A DNA stretch of 64,000 bases from Dimorphilus gyrociliatus. Its lineage: Eukaryota; Animalia; Annelida. This document shows positions 25,009-35,857 of this stretch, in pieces. The first letter of the stretch is position 1; each line of letters starts with the position of its first letter. Location of the stretch: the NCBI GenBank assembly GCA_904063045.1, contig CAJFCJ010000019.1, positions 620,001 through 684,000 of the forward strand, read 5' to 3'. The notes beneath the pieces were generated by a model. The model made no database searches, had not been told where the DNA came from, and worked only from the letters and a program-made list of their open reading frames with translations. The position numbers and the translations under genes were made by a program.

Positions 25009-27843
25009 ATGTCGAAGCCGCTCTTTTTGAACACCAATGGTGAATTGGAGAATAAAATTAAAGAGCTCAGCTTATTAAAGAGCCCCGAAAGATCAGCTAG
25101 AAAAGAAGTAAAATACCTTGGTGACGATGATGACCACTCTTCGAGAGCTCCTAGGTCAGCTTTTTCACCCTCACCTCGTATGGATGAACTACAACGTTTC
25201 GAGCACAAGCATCAAGTTGTAGCGGAGATGTCTGCAGCCTACAAAAATCTATTGGTTTCCATTGGTGAAGACCCAGGCCGTCAAGGTTTGCTTAAGACAC
25301 CGGACAGAGCAGCCAAAGCTTTCCTCTACTTTACTAGAGGTTACGACGAGAAGATATCAGGTGATTTCTTATATTAAATTCGATTTTGGACTTTTGCCCT
25401 TGTAAGATAAGACAACAGTAACTTCGTAAATACATACTATTGTGTTTTTACTGAACGAAACATGAAAAGTCAGATGCCAATAAGCTGATCAATGTCGTTC
25501 GCATATTTGTCCCGTCTTTTCATTTCCGTCTTTTAGCTAGTAACGCCCACGCTGTGCATAATTGCCACGAAATTGGTAGGTTATATTTAGAAACACGCCG
25601 ATAGGCGGTCAGTGATCGCCCTAATTTTTATTCGACAAATTGTATAAGAATTGAGGCTGACATGGTAACCCGTTGATCACATTTCTTTCACTTTTTATTC
25701 CCCATAAGAGGAAAAGTTGGGAAAAAGTCATGAAATAGTTACAAGTTATAAATAATAACATTTAAAGGGAATTTACAAGAGGAGAAATAAAAAGATAATA
25801 GGAGTATTACTTCTTTTTTTTTCTAATATAAAAAGAATAAAAGATTTCTCAGATTTCTAGTTCATGTATAATAATATTTAATAATTTATCAATGCTCTAA
25901 TTACATTGAAATCCCTGTAATCTTTTATTGAATAATTATGAATGAAGAGTAAAAAACAAGAATATGTTGTTAAAACCGTAGGACTAATTAGACATATGAA
26001 AACTGTGTTTATAGTTTCGTTGGGAGACGAAATGATAGAACCTTACAGTTAATTAAAAGTTGAAAATTTATATTTATTGTTAAAAAGGAAAATTAAAAAG
26101 GTATATATAATGTTAATAAAGTAGCAGGTGCCCTTATGTACTCTTCTTTATGAGTTTCTTCTTTAATATTTCACTTTTTATTCTCTCACTCTCTCTCTAT
26201 CTCTCTCTTTCTATCTTATTATTCTCTAATCGAGTGTTTCTTATTTCATTAAAACTGAATATATATATGTCTTATAGATGTTCTAAACGATGCGATTTTC
26301 GACGAGGATACAGACGAAATGGTTATTGTTAAGAATATTGAAATGTTCTCAATGTGCGAGCATCATCTTGTTCCTTTTATTGGAAAGGTATTTGATCTTT
26401 CGATACATATTTTTCTTTTATTATTACGTACAGCGCCAATATTTATTTAATACTTTTTCTGTATTTAGGTATCAATTGGTTACTTGCCCAATAAAAGAGT
26501 AATAGGCTTAAGTAAATTAGCCAGGTATTTATAATTTCCTATCTTGATTTTCTTTCTTATTTTTGAGAATGAATAAAATTGTTTAATTAATTTAATTATA
26601 CATTGCAGAATTGTGGAGGTGTACAGTAGAAGATTGCAAGGTAAAAATGGAACTTACTTTTATTTGTTTATAATTAATAGATTAAAAAAAAAATTGAGAA
26701 AAGCAAAAAGAATAGAAAAGAGAAAATAACTCATTTTTTTTTAAGTTAAAGGGAAAACTAGTAGGAAACTAATTTCGATATAATCTAAAGAAAAATCTAG
26801 ACTTAAATAATAATAAGGGAAAATACAAATTCCGTTTTAAAATAACTGGAGTTTTTGTACGAGAACGCCGCATATATATCGACGCAAGCCCCAATCGAAT
26901 ATTGCAATAGCATGTTAATGAGGCAGCAATATTCAGCAATACAGTTTCTGTTTGCATGTTTGGACATTTTGGTCGCTATTTCAGTAATACAACATTTTGC
27001 CCGTATGTCGAAATATAAATATAACAATATAGTTGGTATTCTATCAGTTCAAGAACGGCTTTCAAAACAAATTGCTGAAGCGGTTGTTACTGCTGTTCAA
27101 CCATTCGGTGTTGCTGTCAACATTGAGGCAACGTAAGTTCCCAATGCACGTGTAAATTCTCAGAAAAGAGATGATGTTTGCATAGTGTGCATAACAGTAT
27201 ATTAGTTACTTTTTTATATTTTTCTGTAATTATTTATGAACGAATTAGGCCTGTAGCTTTTCAATGTTTTTTTTTATTATTATTGTTATTTTACTGCATT
27301 TTTATCCTTTCTCAATCAAGCTATTCCTTATTTTATTGTTTACCCTTCAATTTTTTTCGCAGTACAAGAACGTCTCACTAAACAAATAGCACTAGCGATT
27401 TTCGAAGCAATAAGTCCTGCAGGTGTCGCTGTTGTTTGCGAAGCTTCGTGAGTGTACTAAAAAAAAGCATATTTCTTTTTTTACATATATTCCTTTTGTT
27501 TCCTTATATATGTATATGTAGATATAGAATTAGCATGCACAGACTATCTTTCATATTAATTTTATAGAGTATGCAGTATGTTTATCCATATACTGCACTT
27601 ATAGATTAGCAATTGAAGAGTTTAACAGGACATTAAAAAGCTTAAATGCATCATGCATTGATAATTTGTACAGCTTTATATTCAATATTCAATTGCCTAT
27701 TTTCCTCTCCAATTAGGCATATGTGCATGGTGATGAGAGGCGTGCAGAAAATTAATAGTAGGACCATAACGAGCACAATGTTAGGCGTCTTCAGGGAAGA
27801 TCCCAAGACTAGAGAGGAATTTTTAACCTTGATTAAAGAATAA
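25009..27843 (+). CDS. GCH1: GTP cyclohydrolase 1; exons 25009-25360, 26278-26387, 26469-26524, 26609-26640, [27048-27132 OR 27363-27447], 27717-27843
   Basis: [65 protein letters not shown]. Internal exon sizes 110/56/32/85/127 match the vertebrate GCH1 structure as I recall it. Confidence 0.98.
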
Positions 27844-28471
27844 AACTCTTTGTTTGGTGATGGAATTCTTAAATACTCATATTCACGGAAAAGGGTATTT
27901 TATCCACATTTAAGGAAACAATTAAGTCCTGTTCAAATGGATATTAATGGAACAATTAAGGAACATTCATTTAATCTTATATTTTGTTTGAAAAAAAAAG
28001 TTTTTGCAGGCAAATCATGTAAATGTTGTTTACTAATTTTTCTGTAAATTTTAAGAAAAACCTGGGTAAAATTCAAATGAAAAATAGAATGAAGATGAAA
28101 AATGGCGAAAATGGGAATAATTTATTAAGTATAAATTAAATTTTCAACCACGACTAACCACTTGAAGAGAATAACAAGAAGCAATAATGAAATCAAGTTT
28201 ATCCTAATTTTCCTCTAATGATCATTTAATGTTGCCCTGCAAAAAATATATGTAGTAAGGTATTGTTTGTTTTGTTCTTGTCTTCCAAAAAATTATATAT
28301 GACAATTATGCTGATATTGTAATTTTACTTTGTATGAATAATCAATACACAATTGGTGCAGATTAATGAAAAATTATACCTATATATGCAACTGAGGAAC
28401 GAGAGAGTGGGAGAGACCTTCCGTTATTAATTCTATGAATAATTAATTTCCTTAAAGTTACGAGTAAAACA

Positions 28472-28479
28472 TGACGTCA
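28472..28479. promoter_or_regulatory. Perfect CRE (TGACGTCA) about 390 nt upstream of the micro-exon gene ATG
   Basis: Sequence match, plus a YY1-like AAAATGGCG near 28100. An 8-mer match alone is weak evidence. Confidence 0.3.
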
Positions 28480-28864
28480 ATTGTACTTTTTGAAAAGGTA
28501 TAGAAATAGTTATTAGCCCTAATATATTACTTATTAACGACTGTTTAAATTTATGAAAACAATATAAATAAATTCTGTTTATTATTGTGAATGGGAGAAG
28601 ATAAAACAACCTTATTCTGTCACTTTTCTTCCTTCTTCTCCTTCACCTTGTCCTTCTTCTTTTCCTTTTCCATCTTCTTTCCATCTTCTTTCCCTCCTTC
28701 AACTTGTTTCTCATTCTTTCTGTTCTCTTTATAATTCAGTATCGCTCTTGAAAATAGAAGCTAGCCTTTTGGGAGAGGCAAGTAGGAAGAGCAAATTAAA
28801 GGAAATTTCCAACTGTAAATCACTTTAATGAAATAATTGGAAACTTATAATCAATCTTCGTTTA

Positions 28865-30257
28865 ATGATAAATGAACAAATGAGTGATAATTCAGAACTT
28901 TCGGATATTATAAATATTGAAACTGTAAGATATTTCAAAATAAAACAATTAAAATCATACTATTGACCTTTTATATAAAAATAAAAAGCCAAGACAAGAT
29001 CCTCCTTATGCACTAGTAAGTTTTATAAGGATTCTTTTCTAAGACTTTATAAGACTTTATGTCAAATTTAATAATCTATTTTAATTATAAAATATAACCA
29101 TTTACAGAGGACAAGAACATCAATTGGAATTCCATTGAAAAATTCAGTAAGTTACAAGACAAGAATAAAACTAGTATTATAAATAATACGTAAATGTTAA
29201 TTAACTTTTAAACTTAATTATTAATTGACACATTCTAATAGATAAGCCTTTTTTAATTACATTTGCTAAATGTCTTAATTCTTAAAAGAAAAGTAGAGAA
29301 TTTGTTGTTTGCCGCTTCTCATTCGTGGGTAGAGGTTACTTTCTGTATATATATATATATATATATATATGCAGTATATTGTTTAATTAATTCTGAAAAT
29401 ACGTATAATATATTAATGTTCACTTTCTATCTTCTTAAGGGAAAAACTTCAACAAAAGACACTCAGGTCAGGGAACTTTTATAGTTTGTTTCCTTCTATA
29501 TTTTATGTATAGTGTGAATGCAGTTGTTCTCTAAACTAAGCTACTATTTTATCTTTCTCTTTCTTATCTATATTGTTAGCGACGACGTTCTGTGATGATT
29601 AGGAAAAGAGTTGAAGGTGAAGGAGCGAAATCACCCACTTTTGTATACATTAAAATAGCTTATTACCTATAATGATCATTTAGTAATGAGAAAATTTTTT
29701 TCTTCCTCCCTATAAAAGGTTGAACCAGCTAAGAGACGAGTAATCAATACTTTATTAATTATTTCATTTTATTTACATTTTTCTTTTTAAGTTGTTTTGA
29801 TCGACTTTTGGCTCAATATTTTTTTACTATTAAAAAAATTATATACTCTTATAGTTTTGTTCTAAATTTAATTCTTTTTCTATTCTTCTCTCTATCTATA
29901 TCTGTTTTAAACTTATTTCCCTTCTACTACAGCGTCGAACCTCTCTTAACCAATTTTCGGATGATGAAAATGTAATTTCTTAATTTTAATCATATTTTTA
30001 TAAATTCTTGTTCTCTTTGATTTTGATAATCTATAATTTTTTTCTTCTTTGCAGAGCCTCTCGCAGTCACTTCAAGTAAAGAGACTAACTTCTGTTAGTG
30101 TAAGGGAAAATAATTGAGGTTCTTAGAAAATTATACTAAACGTAATTCTGCTTTCTCTCCCTTTATCGTCAATAACAGGCACATGATCAAGTTGATAATA
30201 GGGCGGCCTTTGAATCGTCAACTGATCAAATGATAGACAATGTAAAGTATATATATG

Positions 30258-30288
<31 letters not shown>

Positions 30289-31033
30289 GACGCGCATACA
30301 AATAAATTTTAGTTCTTTTGTTCTAATATTATTGCTAACTTATTCCCTTAGGTAACAAATAAAAAGAAATCGCCTCTTCATAGGGTGAACTTTTATTATT
30401 AAAAAACTAAAGAAAGACGTTTTTTACTAACTAATTTTTGTTCTTCGATAGCTGAAGGAAGTCTTGAATTTTTCACCTAGTGAACCGATTAAATCGCTCG
30501 TAAGTAATTAGTAATCGATTTCGAGATATAGCTCACCCAGTTGAATTTAATAGGCTGACAATAATTCAGGAACGAGTAACAATAAAAAAACAATAGGTGG
30601 GAAACAAGACTACGCAACGCCACCATCAAATAGAAGCGTTAAATGGTTAGACTTGAATAAATATTAATAAAAATTTCTCTATAAACACTTGATTAAAAGA
30701 CTACTGCAAAGTGTTGATCAGAGATAGAAAGAATGAATTCAGTGATTATCTCTGGAGAGAGAAGTGGAGGAATATTTTATGTTTTTTTTTTCATCCTTTG
30801 AAATTAAAAGTTAATAAAAAAGAGTGTTTTACAGGATCAAGCGGGTTGACAGTGAATTATATAAAATAAATTTAGTTCGTTTCACATATTAGTTTATTGT
30901 GTTTTTTTTCACTTTTTATGATTAAATTATATTTAATGTAAACAGGGACTTTGGGATAGATATAAAGTAGCAAATAGACAATATAATGCCTTACTAGCCC
31001 AGAGAGTAAATATTTTAACACGCCATTTTTTTC

Positions 31034-31064
<31 letters not shown>

Positions 31065-32795
31065 CTAGTAGATGTGCTATGAAAATGATTTAATAATAAA
31101 ATTTTTCATTAGCCATGTGATAGATGTAGACTGAAGAAAAAATACGAGGTTAGTATAACAAATATTATATTTCATGACATATTATGACTGTATAAGGGTA
31201 AACAATATTATTTTTATACTATAGGAGGAAGGGATGATGGTTGATGTAAGAATTAGAAAAAAAAATAACAAATAAGCCTCGTTTATGTAAAAAAAAAAAC
31301 TACTCCTTTATTGTCTATCATTATTTTTCCTTCCAACCTCACGCCTCTTTCTTTGCTTTACCCCATCTCTCTTTGCTTGTTTTGTCTCTTTCTCTCGCTC
31401 TGTATATGTTCCTTTGTAACATTATATAAATATATATATCTATATATATATATGATATATATGTACATTTAATTTTATCTCTTTCTCATACATACCGTCA
31501 ATCCTGTTTTCTTACTACAAATCGCAGAATTTAGAATTGGAAATTGACGTTAGTATACTCCGTTTGTTTCGTTTTAAATTGATGTAGATGTTTTGAATAA
31601 ATAGCTTCTTTTTTTCTTTTCTCCAACCCTACAATATATACATATATATATTATAATTAAATAATACAGAAACTAAAGGAAGCGGAAGAAGTACGTTTAC
31701 AAATTATATTTCTTTTTTTTTGTGTTTATTAAGCTATTACAATAAAAAAAAGATTCTACAAAGCTGCTTTTTAATGGGAATGATGCTAATTTGTTTTTAT
31801 TATATTAAAGTAGAAAAAACATAGAAAATTGAATTAATTTCGTTCATATAGTCTAAGATAAATTAGTATAAGTAATTTATATATACTTGGCTAGTATTCT
31901 TTCGTCTTATATATTTTATTTTATTTATTTTAAAGGCTGAAGAAACTAGGAAAGAAAGTCTTCATGTTGAAATATACGTGAGCTAGTTGAATTTTGATAA
32001 ATCGTTAAAATAGACTGTGAAACCAATAGCAATTGTCACGAAGAAAAAGTGTTTTAAAAAGGAGGGTAATTAATAAGAAAAAGGTTAAATATTTCAAATA
32101 AGTCTCTTTTTTATTTCTTGTTTGTAAATGAAAGAACAGTATAGTTAAGATAAAGGTTTAGTAAATTGCTCTATTTCCGTAATTTACTCTTAAAACTAAG
32201 TAATTGTAATAGAATTTTAGAAGGTAATGAATTAGGAGATGATCCTCTCAAACTAAACTAACTATAAGTACGTTTTGTTTATTACATAGGAGATGGATAA
32301 TCAGGAAAATGAGATATGCGGAATGAATAAATCTTGTATGGAATGTGAAGAAGTTATAAGTCGATACGAAAAGGTAAGTTTCCTTAATCTTAAAGATGAC
32401 AAAAAGTGACATTTTATGAAGAGATGTTTCTTTTTAAAGGATATAAAAGAAGCTCAAAAGGTAATCATTGTCTAAGTATTTCTTATGACTTATACTTTTA
32501 TTATGGATAAAGATTAAGGGGATTTTTTTATCTCTTTATTTTGCCTTTTTCACATTTCTTTCTTATACTTAGAGAATGAATGATGAGCTTATTTATGCAA
32601 ATGAGGTGAGTTAGGGTAAACGAAGGGTGAATTTTTATAATAAAAAAGATGTTTATAAAAATAGAAACATTTGTACTAATATTTTCCTTTAATATCTCTT
32701 TTTTTATACTAAATGAAAATAAGGAAAAGAGTCGAATAAAGAAAGAGTTATTAGCAGTCCTACATGACAGTTTGAATCAACTTGGCCGAAGATAA
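28865..32795 (+). CDS. Cryptic ~23-exon micro-exon gene encoding a ~301-aa protein with a basic, disordered N-half and a coiled-coil C-half; no recognised family
   Basis: Exons: 28865-28924, 29108-29146, 29440-29466, 29580-29642, 29719-29739, 29933-29971, 30055-30075, 30179-30241, 30352-30384, 30452-30499, 30554-30596, 30835-30851, 30946-31005, 31113-31148, 31225-31245, 31528-31548, 31670-31690, 31936-31977, 32135-32155, 32290-32373, 32440-32460, 32573-32605, 32724-32795. Each internal exon is flanked by AG and GT, and they join into a stop-free 906-nt frame. Confidence 0.7.
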
Positions 32796-33679
32796 TGACC
32801 TCTTTCCTTAACCTTTTAATTCTAAATCTCTTTCCTGGAAATGCGCAAATTTTAGAAAAGATAGACCGAACAAAATAGGGATAAAAGAGATTTAAATCGT
32901 TTTAAAGTATTAATATATTTCTTTTTAACACAAATGTATAATACTTAGTATTTACATACAAATATATATTATATACATATAAAAACGGATTAAAATTGTG
33001 TGAATAATTCTGTCTCGCCATTTCTTCTTTCTTTCTACCTATCTATTTATAAGTATTCGTGCAATGATGTATTTATACCTTTCATGTTCGTTTTTATTGC
33101 CTCTGATATCTTACTTTAAGTACTATGCTTCTTCTCTAATCTATTCATATTTCAAAATTTGATTAGATTTATTTAAAACCTATAATGGCTCAGTGTTTTT
33201 TCTTGTTTTTTTTTGTCAATTATTCTATTTGAAATAACGTGATATATATTTATATACAATGGGAAAAAACAAAAAAAAGCTCTTACTAATATTTAGATTT
33301 ATTTAGGCTTAATTTTCTTGTTTTTTAATATTTGTATAAACTCTTGATTTATTTTGGATAATTTGTTAATATCATGTTGAGTTTATTATATGTTCTTTAT
33401 GAGTGAAATTTTTAAAAAGGATGAATTAATTAAACTTTTGTTAATGATGTATTTGTAAGTTGTAATCGAACACTGTTCGAAAAACGTAGTGTCCATATGA
33501 GCATACTCTCACGTGAATATTGATAAATATTGGTCAAGACATATATTGGAATCTTTGAAGTATAGAGTGTAAATATTACAATTAACAGCATCGATAAAAC
33601 AACATTGATTTATGTTGTAAGTGCATTTTTAACAACTTACGATTCTTACACTTGAAGTAGTGTTTATTTTAAAACAAAA

Positions 33680-35530
33680 ATGAGCGATAATGAAAGACAT
33701 AAAAAATGTGAAGTGTGCAATGAGAAACAATCTAAATATACTTGTCCAAAGTGTTCTGTTCGTACATGCTCATTAGAATGCGTAAAACAGCATAAAAAAG
33801 CTGTAGACTGTGATGGAAAAAGAGATAAAACTGCATACTTATCCCTGGATAAATTTAACGATAACGTTCTTTACAGCGGTAGGTTTTCTTTTTATCATGA
33901 TACATAATTTTATAAGGGTAAGACATTAGCCTTCATATTTTCACATAATATTTTCAGATTATTACTTTCTGGAAGACGTTAATAGAGCTGTAGAAAATTC
34001 TGAAAGGGGCCCAAGGCACTCGAATCGCCTAAAGCTTCCGGAAAAAGTATTTATCTATCGCGCTGTCAAGCCACTGTTTTAATAATTTCATTTCTACATT
34101 AACAGCGTGAAAGACTGTGCAAAAATGCGAAAAAGATAGGAGTCACTTTAGAATTTTTACCAAAGGGTATGGCAAAAAATAGAAGAAACAAGTCTTTTTA
34201 TAACAACGAGTAATATCATTTTTGTTCTCTATTTCTCTTTATATTCCATCATCTAGTGATTTATTATAATTATTTATCCAAGATGAAAAAAAATTCCATT
34301 ACTTGTAGATACTAAAATATTTTATACCAGAGGAATGGGATAACTTAATTTCATCGTACTTTTCTTAATTATACACCATTTTTGAATCATTATTTAATTA
34401 TGGTAATTAGGAGATAACTTTATAGTTTATCATAGTATCCCGTATCCCCGGGAAAAAGAAATGTTTTATCTTTCACCATTCCTTTTTCTATCTAAAGCTT
34501 CCTTCAATAGTGTAATTCATTTCTTATAACAGACAAAAGCAAATAATATGGACGATTGAGTGGCGTCTGCCTGAGATATCCGTGAAATCAATTTGTGATG
34601 GGTAATTATATTTAGAGAATAATGTAGTGAATAAAATTATTAAAAAAAAAAAGAATTTTCTCTTTTTTTCTCTCTTCTTTCTTTTTCCATTCCTTATAAT
34701 CCGTACTGTATATTTTTAGATTTATGGGAGATACTAAACTCAAAGAAGCTTTTACTAATTTTACATCCGAAAGAAATCCCGTTATCAAACACAAAATAGA
34801 GGAATTAACAAACAAATCAGATTATAAGGGAATTTTTTTCGTCTTATTTAGAGCTGAAAAATCCAACGGAAACAGGTAAGGATCCAGTTAATAACCCTTT
34901 ATATTTATTGTGTACTTTCTATAAACGTTGATGACAAATGCTCGTCACTCTTGTTTCTAATCTCGAATGCTGGTATAACGAGACCAGCTGTGAATTACCC
35001 TGCGAGTGTTGTACAAGCTGAAGAAAATCTAATGCTACTAACCTTTTACTTGTTGTTACATACGTCTAAATAATTGTCAGTGTAACATGAATATAAAGGA
35101 AAACTGATGAAAAATTACTAAACCTTTTCGTTCCTTATTTTTCGTTTCCAGAAAATAATTGCAATTAATTTTTTATCTTTAAAATGCTATTCTATTACCC
35201 GCTTGACTAAAACACTTTCTATTTATTATAACAGATATTATTCGTTAGATCTGAATAAGAGTATATGTGAGAATTTGCGAGGAAAAACAGTAATCGAATA
35301 TCCCTGTTTTATCTTGGTTACCAGCAAATCACTCGACGAATATAAATTATTAAATAGAATATCCGTTGCAGGTAAACGAAAAAATAACCTTATATTTATT
35401 GTAAAAACACCGAAAGACTGCTTTCTTTTTGTATCTTATTTTAGACGTTCTGAAAGACGAAAAAGAAGAAGGTGAAGTAACGGAAAGCGAAGAAGAATTG
35501 GGCTTTGTTATTTCCGACGAAGATTTATAA
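33680..35530 (+). CDS. ZNHIT6: Box C/D snoRNA biogenesis protein 1 (zinc finger HIT domain 6), 7 exons
   Basis: zf-HIT CEVCNEKQSKYTCPKCSVRTCSLECVKQHK..CDGKRDKT, then DYYFLEDV, LEFLPKGMAKNRRNKS, IIWTIEW, YSLDLNKSICENLRGKTVIEYP. Acidic last exon ends at 35530. Confidence 0.93.
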
Positions 35531-35857
35531 TTAAGCAATGAGAGACTAGTGAATACAAAAAATAACTTTTCTCTTTGTTTTTCCCATGATTTTTTATAAT
35601 TTGTATTTTTCTCCTTTTCTTTTCTTAAAAGAACAAAAGAGAAAATTAAAACAGTTTCATCTTTTTGTATATCTTAATAGAATGTATAAAATAAAAACCA
35701 CACATACAATCACAGTACCAGTTTATTTTCATTTTTACGTGCTTTCTTCATGATTCTTATTTGGGTTGAGCACCATAATGTCAACGGAGAGTTAGGTCTT
35801 TTGACTGCAGATTTTGAGTCTAAATGAGATCTAGAAGATTTCTCATTTTTTATTTAC

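Noticed and set aside
28600-28745. Stop-free E/G/K-rich frame on the minus strand behind an acceptor-like TTTTCAAG
   Set aside because: The purine-only low-complexity strand cannot contain stops by composition, and no upstream exons could be linked.
32014-32065. Extra candidate exon in the micro-exon gene (TVKPIAIVTKKKCFKKE)
   Set aside because: It would need a 36-nt upstream intron and exits in phase 1, which is incompatible with the next phase-0 exon. Left out of the model.
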